Of a stretch of 64,000 nt of DNA, positions 36,060 through 47,269 are shown piece by piece. Location: assembly GCA_010093605.1 (NCBI GenBank), contig MU004196.1, positions 1,262,606 to 1,326,605 on the forward strand, given 5' to 3'. Under the pieces are notes generated by a model. The model was not told the DNA's origin. It worked only from the letters and a program-made list of their open reading frames with translations, and did not search any database. How positions within the stretch are numbered: the first letter of the stretch is position 1; each line of letters begins with the position of its first letter. Position numbers and translations under genes: made by a program. This stretch comes from Lophium mytilinum (Eukaryota).

Positions 36060-37172
36060 TACAAGATGGGGGTGGAGAAATCATGCACGGAAGGCTTCTC
36101 GCGTCCTTCTGGAATAGGATAAATGTTGTTCTACGGCGGAGTCTCGGAGTAGAAAGTTGGAGTTTAAGGTGGTAAACACCTAGCATAGCGTCAGGAGCGC
36201 CAGCCCATGTACTTTAGTCGACGTCTCTTCTTATGTTCGCGAAACCCCAGTATTCACCTAGCGCATGTGTCACAGGTCTTCTGCCGGTTTGCTTGACATA
36301 GTTGGCTGCTGGGGATGTTGACCTCCGAGTCTTGTAAGGCTGAGCGTGGGATTCGCTCTGGTAGGAGGCCACGAGGCCCAAGGACACGGTGCGCAGATTT
36401 CTAGTGTACATAAGCAGACTTCCTGTGATTTCTGTCACACTGCAAGCTGTGGTGGATTGAGTGAAAGCAAGTCGCTTTGCACTGCTGGGGTGCTGCCCCA
36501 CGCCGGTCTTCCGCGTCGCCAAGTACTGAGTGTCCAATGACGATGGGCTCTGTGGCGTCTCGCACCGCCCTGGCGCTGGCTAGCCCGCAAGTAAAACGCA
36601 GAGAAATAGTGACGGCGGCGTCATTGCAGCAGGCCTCTCCGGCTGGTACTAGTATGATTGACTGCTGCAGTAGCAACATACGTGCTACCCGACTGACAGC
36701 ATGGGCTGCTCCACTGGTACATGGGCTGCTGCCCGCTCCGGCGCCCACAACATGGGGCACTGTACGCTCCCGCTCGGGGCCTGACACACCTATCAGCGCT
36801 CCAAAGCGGCGGGACTGCGGTGATAATGCGCCCACTGTCCCTTTGCTAATCGGTCCGCTTGGGCGAGGCGGCAGAGAGTGATAATGACACGCTGGAACAG
36901 CCCCCCTAGGCTGTTCCCTCCATGAAGTCGGTGCTACGCTTTTAGCATGGCGATATTCCTTATAATTCGCATTCGTCCGCCCAGTCCGAAAATTGAAAAG
37001 ATATAGGGCCATTTGTTTACGATCACTTAGGGATCGACCACTGATTTTCAATACCACCTAAATCCGGCGCTTTTTCAGGACTGCGACAAGCATTGCACGG
37101 TCGCAGAGCGGAAATCCATACTCGCGATCTCCTTACGTAGGTCTGTTACAGGCCCTCGTCGCGATTACGGAA

Positions 37173-37606
37173 ATGAAACTCGATACTATCCTTGCGATAG
37201 GGTCTGGCGCTGTCACTGTTCTTCAAGTTATGGTTGCGTTGATTAGAGCTGTGGTGGTACTGGTCCGTCGGCGGAGAAGATCTGAAGGTGTGTTTGCCCT
37301 CGGGTTACTTCTAGACTTTCTTTTGCAACGCCCTCTGGTGAACGGCAGATTCCGTCCCTAATCTTCTTCAATACTAATAGGAGATCTCTAGACCAAGAAC
37401 GCAACGGCGGATCTGAGTCGGCGTCGGGCCCCTTCTCGAATCACGCGGGCACTTTATACCAGTCGTCTGGTATAGAGCTGTATCCTTTCGTACCAGCTCA
37501 ACATCAATCACTGAGCGATTGGCCCGTTCTCCCATCTCCATTCGAAGAGAGTAGTCGCGAGCAGCGCGAGTGGGGCACGCTCTGTCGAGAGTGGTGCACA
37601 GCATAA
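37173..37606 (+). CDS. TM microprotein family copy I, 109 aa (exons 37173-37287, 37392-37606)
   Basis: MKLDTILAIGSGAVTVLQVMVALIRAVVVLVRRRRRSE|DQERNG...GIELYPFVPAQHQSLSDWPVLPSPFEESSREQREWGTL; most similar to copy G. Confidence 0.7.
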
Positions 37607-38963
37607 CGGCAACAAGGGTTGATTGAAGCTTGCTACGATTCTGATAAGCAACTTCTTGATTGAAGCTCCGGATGATAGTGTGGCACGTGGATAGCTTCAA
37701 GAAAACGGAGGACTGCAGAGAAAAGCTTTACATAGCGGGATGGTTAGATCAGGCGAGCGGTTTCTATTGGGCGATTCCACGGTCTTTGACCCTAGCATTG
37801 GATCGACTGGTTCGAGGATGAATGTCAGCTAATACCTTTTCAAGGCGAATTTAGACAATTAAGAAGACATGCTTGCCGAATACCTTCTAGGCTAAGAATA
37901 AATATTCAGACCAGTTTGTTTTTGTGCGAAACAGACAGCTGTCGTTTTCAGCATCATCATCGAAATCACAATTGTTCTACTTCTTGCGATCGTTTTTTTG
38001 AATTCGAAGAAGGACACTTTCCCACGTTCGCCCGAAGAATCTTGGGTACACCGGCTACCGTAAGGTTATGACCGCGCTCGCATACTGGCGAGCGGTTTGC
38101 TGTAGGCGGCTTGTGGGAATGGAGCTCCGCAACAACCACATTCGGCCTCTCTCTGCTGAGATAGCAGAGCAGTGCTTAGGCGGAGTCTGACCTGTTGGTC
38201 TTACCTGCGTCAAACTTATGGAACACGGCATAGTAAACCAGGCGAAATCATTAATTCTGGTAATTTAAGACGAGCAGGAGCAGGGAGCGGCGGAGCGTAG
38301 AGAAGAGCAAAATGCGGCATCTCGAAAATAACGCTTGCGAACCTTTCGGTAGATGGCACCCTGAACACTTGGGTGCGGGGCGGGTGGGATGCTACGCGAC
38401 GAACACTGAGGTGTTTGGCAGCGCACCACAAGAAAGCCACGTCATAACATCCACCCTCAAGCCTCTAGTATGGAATGTTCGGTATACGCGAATAAATCGT
38501 AGTCAGCTGCGGACAGAATACTGAAGGCTGCGGAATCTACGGCACGTAGCTTCTTCCTTAATGCGATTCTTCGATTGGAGCCAAACTGCAGCACAGATCT
38601 CGGACGCGCGCGCAGGCGAGGGATGCCTTTGCCTGGCAGTGAGCGCGAAGTTACCCGCACCGGAGCCTAGGCATGGGCGCCAGCTGGACGGGCGAGCAGA
38701 CATCACGTGCCGCGGCGGAGCGCCGGAGCGCCATGCTGAAAAAGCGGCGGGCGGGCATGACTAGACGCTAGCGACGCGCTCTCTTTTCAAGCCGTCGTGC
38801 CTGTATTGTAGGCTTGTCGCAACGACAGAGCAGCGCGCGTGCAAATAGCTGGAGTTGTGAGCGATGCGCTCTCTTTTTCCGCTGTCATACCAGCTATGCG
38901 TATCGCCGTCCTCGCGCCCAGACCGCCCTGGCGACGGGCCGGATCATGACCTGGCTGCGTCGC

Positions 38964-39029
38964 CAGGTCAAATTGACTGACACTGCTGGTCAAATTGACT
39001 GACACTGCAGGTCAAATTGACTGACACTG
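38964..39029. repeat. 22-bp tandem repeat x3 containing the palindrome GTCAA-A-TTGAC
   Basis: C(A/T)GGTCAAATTGACTGACACTG at 38964, 38986 and 39008. Confidence 0.9.
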
Positions 39030-39244
39030 ACCATGACCGCCCTCCTCATGTCAAGTGCAAAGCTCTTAAAGCGACCCCTTTCCGCATGGATTGGAATATG
39101 GTGTCATCCAAATTATTCATTCCACGAAGGTTCCCGTCAGTCAATATTTCCCTAGTGAGGCGTTTTCTATATACCTCGTGGCTCACTCCATTGTCTCAAC
39201 GATTGAAGGAGGCTGGTAGTCCGAGAAAAACGTCAAAAGACACT

Positions 39245-39626
39245 ATGGCTCGTGAAGCAGTGTTGGCGATCCTTTTTGGGGTTTTGACATTACTTGTAAC
39301 CGCAGCCGGGATCAAATGCAAACACTCGATATGCTGCTGCCTGCTCGGCATGATTCGAAGAAGACGCCGGATGCAAAGTAAGTCAGCTCCTTCTTTTCTT
39401 CTTTCTTTCCCTGGCTCTTCCACACGGCATAGCAAAAACACGGGTATGCTGCGCCACACAAGGCTGACCAATCGTAGGAGGAGATGGGGACTTTGAAGGA
39501 GCCCAGCCCCCACGCACCGAGTACGTGGAGTACTTCCATCGACCTATGGCAACGTCGCCATTCGAACTCAGTCGAACGGAGCAACTGGAGTGGCAGCGGG
39601 AGAGAGATCGGGATGAGGGAGTGTGA
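39245..39626 (+). CDS. TM microprotein family copy J, 93 aa (exons 39245-39377, 39478-39626)
   Basis: MAREAVLAILFGVLTLLVTAAGIKCKHSICCCLLGMIRRRRRMQ|RGDGDFEG...FHRPMATSPFELSRTEQLEWQRERDRDEGV; consensus intron GTAAGT...GCTGAC...TAG. Confidence 0.75.
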
Positions 39627-39983
39627 GGATACTTATGTTAGATAGAGCGTGATATGCACTGGGGAGGTTACTGCGGACTGTACTCTGGTGCCGGATGACG
39701 ATGCTGGCCCCCTAGGACGTACTTAATCATTTTGACGTGTTACGGAGGACTCAGGGATGAAAATGTAGCCTGGAGAGTGATGGGAAGAAAATGTGGACAA
39801 GGCTGAGGTTGATGTTGGCTTTTGGGGCTAGGCCGGATAGATGCTAGTGTAGTAGACTATAGTAGTTTAGTTTCCCGTCTAACTCTGCGGCCTCAGCCTT
39901 TCTGCCCTCCTGCACTCAACATCAACTGTCATACTTTGAAACATGAGATAGGACGACATCCGGGCTTCCGAGCCACCGTGGAA

Positions 39984-41678
39984 ATGTCAGAAGCGTGCGT
40001 CTCTACGCCGACAAGGCCTGGATCTCCATCACCGTCAACTGCCTACTCATACGCCCCGCTAGATGCCTCGGATGCGATTCGAATCATTACGCTCCTACCC
40101 GCGCAATCGTTCGAAGCCCCCATTCATTGCCAGATTCGTCGGACCACTTTCTTTGGTTCTTCCTATGAAGCACTTTCATATGCTTGGGGGAGCAACTATC
40201 GCGAAATCTCGATAAAATGTAACGATCAGGACTTGTTCGTGACCCCTAATCTATTACGCGCTTTGAAGAGATTACGGCCGATTGTAACAAGTAACATACC
40301 GAATCCTAAACCTGTTACACTATGGGTAGATGCTATCTGCATTGACCAAGAAAATCAGGAGGAAAGAGCTCATCAAGTCAGCATTATGAAACACGTCTAT
40401 CAACGCGCGGTGAGAGTCATCGTCTACCTCGGAGAGGATGTCAACTTCAAGGACGCTGCTCCAAGTATACAAATGTTATGGCTACTCGACTCGCCCTGGT
40501 ATAACAGGATGTGGACTCTACAAGAATCTTTACTCAATGCGAACACGATCGTGACGCATGGCGAGACTACCCTCTCGTTGGAAGCTCTCGAGTTAGGCTT
40601 CCAGTCATTACCTCCAAGCTTTCGTTATAACGCGGCGCAAAAGAACGCTATTCTCCGCGTCCAGACGACTAGGGCGATGAGACTGGAGCTTCAAGAACCG
40701 CAGCTTTTCGGCAGGCATATTGGGCGCATAAACGGAGCTGTAGCCTATCGTTTGTCCCGCATGCTATCTCTTTGCCAGTACTTCGAGTGTGGAGATCCAA
40801 GAGACAAAGTCTTTGCAATCCTCGGCCTTGTCGACGACTTAGATTCAATTACCCATACGGAGCTCAATCCAGACTATAGCACTCCTGTTGCGGAGATATA
40901 CCGACGTTTCGCGTGGTTCATTATCACTAGACAAAAAAGCCTGCGCATCCTTCACGACGTGGGTATTACCCGCCGTCTAGAGGGTCTTCCATCATGGGTA
41001 CCAGATTGGAGTGTCTCGAACCCCGAGGGCAAGCTTTCTCGCAAGCTCTATCGTCCCCGACCTGACTTCTTTGACCGTCCTTCGCTCAAATCAGTGAGGC
41101 GGGGCGATGGGTGGATACTGATTTGCAAGGGTTTTTGTTTCGACACTGTCGCCACAGTCGGTATGCCTCTTCGTGATATGAAGGAGTACATGAAGATGGC
41201 TGATGACTGGCGCAGTGCATTACCACCACACGTTGCTGACGCCAACGAAATCGAAGTCGACCTCGCGATCACAACGTTTCTTGAAATGATGACAGCCGGC
41301 AAATGGAATAATCTTCCGAAAGTTGCCCGGACTCAGTGGTACGGCCGGCTTGGATTTGGACCAGAGTTTTGGCCTGACGATGCCAGAGATTTGATCAATC
41401 TGCAAGAGCTTTCCGAGGACATTGATGGCTGTGCTGGCAGAAGCGTCATTTTTACCAAAGCTGGGAAACAAGGTCTTGCGCCACCACATGCCCGGCCGGG
41501 GGATCTGCTCGTGTGGTTTAAAGGCTCCGAGTTTCCATTCGTTCTTCGACTAGCAGAGAATCTAGAAAGTAGCGATCAGGAGTACGAAATAATTGGCGAC
41601 GTTTTTGTCTCTGACTTCGATAATTTTACTTTGATGACGGATAGCTCGGTGCGGAAGACTGGATTCACGATTCGATGA
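39984..41678 (+). CDS. HET-domain protein, HET-6-like
   Basis: YEALSYAWG, LWVDAICIDQ..ERAHQV..M..VY, WYNRMWTLQE, DPRDKVFAILGL, LPSWVPDW and GLAP..ARPGD motifs; uninterrupted ORF with ATG at 39984. Confidence 0.9.
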   Translation: MSEACVSTPTRPGSPSPSTAYSYAPLDASDAIRIITLLPAQSFEAPIHCQIRRTTFFGSSYEALSYAWGSNYREISIKCNDQDLFVTPNLLRALKRLRPIVTSNIPNPKPVTLWVDAICIDQENQEERAHQVSIMKHVYQRAVRVIVYLGEDVNFKDAAPSIQMLWLLDSPWYNRMWTLQESLLNANTIVTHGETTLSLEALELGFQSLPPSFRYNAAQKNAILRVQTTRAMRLELQEPQLFGRHIGRINGAVAYRLSRMLSLCQYFECGDPRDKVFAILGLVDDLDSITHTELNPDYSTPVAEIYRRFAWFIITRQKSLRILHDVGITRRLEGLPSWVPDWSVSNPEGKLSRKLYRPRPDFFDRPSLKSVRRGDGWILICKGFCFDTVATVGMPLRDMKEYMKMADDWRSALPPHVADANEIEVDLAITTFLEMMTAGKWNNLPKVARTQWYGRLGFGPEFWPDDARDLINLQELSEDIDGCAGRSVIFTKAGKQGLAPPHARPGDLLVWFKGSEFPFVLRLAENLESSDQEYEIIGDVFVSDFDNFTLMTDSSVRKTGFTIR

Positions 41679-42017
41679 GGCGGAGGCCCGTTGGAAGGAT
41701 GGCTCGTGCCTCGCATCTACAGACAGACCGTAAGGCGTGCAGCTACATACAAAGTAGTGAAGATGGCGCAATAAATTCTTCGCCTCAATCAGAAATGGAA
41801 CGAAGCGCTGGGTTGCGCAGGCTTCAGTGCGTGTCCAAAAGGGACCTTCACTTATGAGTGCGGGCCTAATCCTATTTTAGCTCTATTTCAAATCAATCGG
41901 GTCTAGCCACACTATAGTTAAGCGAAAAACGCTCGCCATTTGCCTTAACGCAGCAACCACCTTTTCTATACTGTACAATCATTTCACGTTTAGGGCTTTT
42001 CTCTCCAGTTCATAGCC

Positions 42018-43247
42018 ATGCCTCCAACAGCTTCCACGACTAGTGGCCCAATCCTACTGCCCGCCGAATCTATCCACAATCACACGGTCCTCTTGCGCGT
42101 GTACAGCGAAAACGAAGAAGATCTTGTCGCTGCTAGAATCCTGGAGGATGACAATTTTCCCAAGCCTAGCCTAACTAACAAGATCCACCCTCTGTTTGCA
42201 AAGTCTCGCTGGGTCACTAGTCCTGGCCACGAAATAGACGAGATATACAAACAGATAACTCCAGCGCTCCAGATGGCTAGTTTAAGTATTATAAAGAGAG
42301 TTGCATTACTGCCATTTTGGACCCACATTTCTCTGGGGAAGCGCATCCATGTCCCGAAACATAAAGAGGCGCTCGACTACATCAATAATGCCGACGACGA
42401 AACGTCCTAACAAGCCCTCGACCACGTCGAACGGTCGCTCTTGGAGCTGTCGAAGAACACCTCCCTGCTCTTTATGCGGCACGCGCGCGACAGCGACAGA
42501 ACACCCGACTGCACAATGATGGGCGCAACATTCGACCGCCGCGAAAGGAGCCCTCGAGCCACAGACATCCCCTACCCGTCTCCAGGGTTTGCCTGGCCAA
42601 ATGTACAGCCGGACAAAGTGCACCCCGCCATCGTAATGAACGTACACTTCCGCGAATTCTTCACCACAGGGTACGCCAATGCGAGCGCTGGCGAGACGCA
42701 CCGCTGGCTTTTCTACTTCGCGGCCACCCTCATCCACGAAACGGCCCACGCGCTATACTTCTTCGAACACCGAGTATCAGAATCAGTGTAGAAGAGGGAG
42801 CCGTGGTATGCAAAGGAGCACATATCCGCATCAAATCAGCGTCAAGAGTTGGGCCGGACGTGGGAAAAGGACATGTTCGGAGAGATCATCAACCCTGTGT
42901 CCACCCCGCTTTGGGACATGAAAGCGCTGATATACAATTACAGGCACATCTTAAGGCCCGAAGATAGAGGTAGTGTGTGGCATCGCGGCAAGGAAGCCAG
43001 ATTCTTAAAGGCGTATCTCACAGCCCGAGAAGAAGGATACAGAAGGGTCATCGAGTTGGTCACAGCAGACTGGATCGGACGGTGGTTTACGGACGAGGCG
43101 TGGGAGAGATGGGAGCAGACTGGAGAGCGCTGGAAGATGGGGAAGCATGTGGTGATTATCCTGGATGAGCTCGAGAACGAGACAAAAGCGTATCTTGTAG
43201 AGGCGGATTCGGATGCGACGGATAGAGGTTCCGCTCCTCACACTTGA
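42018..43247 (+). pseudogene. Uncharacterised HExxH-motif (putative zincin) gene with two in-frame stops
   Basis: ORFs 42018-42410, 42441-42791 and 42849-43247 share one frame and are separated only by TAA (42408) and TAG (42789). Motifs AATLIHETAHA...EPW...ELGRTWE..MFG. Confidence 0.7.
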
Positions 43248-43868
43248 AATTGAGTACAGGGTTAGACATGCAGAAATTGGGTTGATCGGGCTTGTCTGTT
43301 GGCTGGACAGTGCCACTTTGAGGAGTCCTGTAGCTAGTAGATGCCCGGGTGGCCAAGGGATAGTCTCATTCCTAAGGCGCCAACCTTTTCTTTACACTAA
43401 GAGTTAATGCAACCTATAAGCCATAGATCAGTATACTTAGGCTCCTCTATTGCGCACGTAGTGTTAATGTGCGGAGGACTGTAGCTAGCACATACCCGAG
43501 TGGTCAAATTGTAGTCCAAATCCCAATGCACTAACTTCTCTATCATACTTAGACGTCATAAACCTATCAGCGCTAGATTAATACCGTCAGGTTTCTCTTT
43601 TGCAGTCGAGATAGCAGTGTAAGGAAGACCTCAGCCAGCGCATTTACCATTAGTCACACAGTAGCCTCATTCGTAAGGAGTAGGCAGTCGTATTGTCTTC
43701 AATATACTGTTGGAAGGTATTTACTTGTCACGTGACTTCTTGGCGTCAGGCAGCAATCTCCAGCCGCCCGATTGACATGACCGCACAACGCACCGACGAA
43801 CACCTTTCTATGGCTCCCCTTCCCCTATCCACTCGCCCTATTTTTCGCTAAGCATTTACTCTAACAAA

Positions 43869-46101
43869 ATGACTGTATCGACTTTTGACTTGTCGAAGAT
43901 CTCCCCGTTCTGCAGCAGTAGTGAAACCCGAGTAGAAAACCTCTTTACTATCTTTGGCACTAATGGATGTTTGCTAAGCTGCAACATACTTAGAGAGCTC
44001 CAGTCTGCGTTATCAGTTCAGCCGGCGCTTGGCAATTCAGGCGATTACAAGAAAAAAAAAGCGATCAGGCGGTCTTACAAAGAACCACTTCAGCGATATT
44101 TTTCCCTGGCTGAACTTGCGGACTCGATCAAGAGTGGTTGTCGCTCTTGCAATTTGATACGGCATATACTCGAGCACGTGTCATTTATTGGTCTTGACGA
44201 TAAGCAGAATGTGGATATTTCGCTCTACCACTTGTCTCCCGTGTTCGTTTTGAGCAAACGGATGGCAAACAATGATGCCGCCGGCATACAGCACATACAA
44301 CTGTTCTCCCCTCGAAGTAGGTGTCTAGATTCAAAAGTCTGTTTATTTTCATTGATCGACAGTAGACTTTAGGCTACAGATCGAGCATATGCGCATTTCG
44401 GAATTCTTGTCTGGAAGCACGAACTCGAATGTGTCAATGGGTCGATTACGAAAGTGGATAGATGGGTGCGACGCGACCCACAAGACCTGCAAAATGAATA
44501 CTGCAAGCCGCCTTCCTTCTCGTCTCATAGATGTGACAGAGATTCTGAGAGGGGGAATTTCAGGAGTCAAGCTCGTTCACACCACCACCAGACAGTCCGG
44601 AAAGTATGTTTGCCTGAGTCACTGCTGGGGAAAAACACCCATAATGTGCTGTACAACGAACAACAGTCTTGGGAAAGCCATGGACTTCATTGAATACAGC
44701 TTGTTCCCAAGGAATTTTCAAGACGCTATCGCTATAACAAGGAGACTGGGATTAAGATACATCTGGATTGATTCCGTCTGTATCATTCAGGACGACATCC
44801 ACGATTGGGAAGTTGAATCAGCGGACATGGCGAATGTGTACCGATACGCCTATCTGACCATTGCTGCAACCTCCTCCGCGGACTCCACTGGCGGATGTTT
44901 CTCGACTACAAACGCGGACATTTGCATGTCTCTTGATGATGGCACTGGACGATTACTGTTGGTTGGTGCTCGCATGTGCGACACTAAGGGCACTCTCAGT
45001 GACACAGCAGAGGTCCAGAAAAGGTTCCCGTTGTTTCAAAGAGGCTGGGTGTTGCAGGAGCGTCTCATGTCTAGACGGATCCTCCACTGCAACTACGGGG
45101 AGCTGGCTTTCGAATGCCTGGAGTCTAAGACATGTGAGTGTGGAAACTCGTCTCTCTCTCCACACGTGATAAACAATATGGGAAAACGAGAAGCTATACT
45201 GAGACACCGGCTTCTAATGGCAAAAGTCTCTATTCCTAGGGGCGATCTATCTTCAGAGTGGCGTTCCATGGTTTCAAGTTATACGTTTTTGCACCTCACT
45301 AAGGCGAACGACATGCTACCGGCCATTTCAGGATGTGCTAGAGTCATATCCGAATTAACTGGAGACCAGTATCTGGCGGGTATGTGGAAGAAATCCCTGT
45401 CCACAGAACTCCTCTGGTACATCGAGTCCAAGCGCAAGTTCTCGCGGGCTGAATGGACGGCGCCATCCTGGTCGTGGGCATCAATATCCCCAGGCCAGGA
45501 GATTTTCTTTCTCAAACCAAACCTCAGCAGTCCATGGCGGACTATGCTCAGCGACTCCATTAGGACGGTCAACTGCAAAACAAAGCCCGGTAACGAACTC
45601 GGGCAACTCTTACCTGGAACTGGCCATCTCACACTCGAAGCGCCATTGCTCCCCTGTTTTGTTCGTCAGTTTTGCAACAAAAGTGCGATGGCAGCCAAAC
45701 CAACCCATGACAGGCGCAGATTCGGCCTACATCATCGACTCAACGGCCCGAATCCCGCCGCTGTTTGCAAAGTTACAGTGCCAGCACTTGATTCGCAAGA
45801 CGGGCTGTTTGTGTTCTACCCTGACGTACGGCTCGGAGACGAGCTACTGTTCGATCGGTTTTCTGCTTGCCCGATCTGCTCACTTGCTCAGATTTGGCTC
45901 CTACATATAGCTCGCAAGGTGGATGGTGGGGAGTGCCGGGATGTCTATATGATGCTTAAAGAAATTGAGGCGAGTCCGAATACATATGGAAGATTCGGTG
46001 TGACGAAGTTTGAAGGGCATACCGTTGGTCAACGAGAAAGATGGGTTGAGGAGGTTTGGGAGAGGCAGGCGATGCCGAAAAGGGATATTACGATCATTTA
46101 G
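43869..46101 (+). CDS. HET-domain protein, TOL-like (exons 43869-44316, ~44363/44366-46101)
   Basis: SGCRSC, WIDGC..H..C, LPSRLIDV, YVCLSHCWG, YIWIDSVCIIQDD, PLFQRGWVLQERLMSRRILH and APSWSWAS motifs. A phase-1 intron from 44317 joins the two ORFs. Confidence 0.9.
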
Positions 46102-47269
46102 ATCAGGACATCTACCTTAGTATTTTAGAAGGAAGGCTCAGACGTTACGGATGCATGTAGTCTTCTATATACAGTTTCATCTTCCCCCTAACTTAATCTT
46201 CTCCCTGGTGTCCTCATCATCTTCATCACATATAGCACGTCAAACGCTTCTGTTTTGTTGCTAAATGACATTTCCTTCAACTAAATACCAAATCATGCTA
46301 ATGAGGGCTGTGATGTCTTTTGGCGATGATTATGTGGAGGAGTTTAACTCGCCGCGACAACGTTCAGAATCCATTGATTCGGAGTGCGCGTGGAGGATAT
46401 GCGCAATGCCATCACGATATTCTTATCTCGAATATCTGGATCTAAAATCTGGCCACTCGCACGGAAAAGAGTGAGCAAATGAACACAGATGCCCGAGACG
46501 CTGACGTGAATTAGAAGCCGGCACTCTGCTATCGAATGTCGTCGGTATAATCATGCCTCGCAATATATCTCCCTTCTCCAGCTTTGCAGGCACTCCAAAC
46601 CAGTTAGAAGCCTATCGTTGCCGTTATACGAGCGCGATCAGTATGGGCTAATCTTCCCCGCAGCCAGCTACTCTATGTAACAAGCCGCTTGTTGAACGCC
46701 TCGATACCAAACATAGGCGGGTTTTGTGATTTACTCGCCGGTTCGCGAAGAATTCGGGAGCTATTCCGGAACTACGAGGTTACAGCGAATGTCACGGAAT
46801 AAGGAGCTGTAGGCCGTGTACGTAATGTATTAGATGATGATGAAGTAGGAGAGAAGAGGTCTAGAAGAATGCGAGGCTATATACAAGGTTGCATTGCACG
46901 TGCTTGCTGTAGCCCTCCCTGATAACGAACATCTGAACTCTGCATACAACCCGAAGGACATCATACCGGGAATCAAACTCTTCTTTGATGGAACGAAGGA
47001 ATGGTCTCTGGGGCACTCCTTACAGTGGTGTCGAGCGAACAAGAGTGGGGCTGGGATAGTCGGATGGCTATTTGTGGTGGTTTAGGATGTCGGAGAGTAC
47101 ATTAGCTGACGGGTGAGTATGATATGGGGAGGAGAATCAGAACAGGGACGAGCACGCGGTGTCGGTGGAGAAGACCTGGGAGAGTGAGAGTGATGGGGTG
47201 GCGGCAGTGATGGAACTGGACTGGAGCGATTTGGATTGGAGCCGGATGAAGGCCCCGAAATAAAGCATT

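Noticed and set aside
36401..37057. 218-aa minus-strand and 134-aa plus-strand ORFs
   Set aside because: Non-ATG starts, GC-rich sequence and no motifs.
38964..39029. CRISPR-like short palindromic repeats
   Set aside because: There are no spacers, the units are head-to-tail, and the context is eukaryotic.
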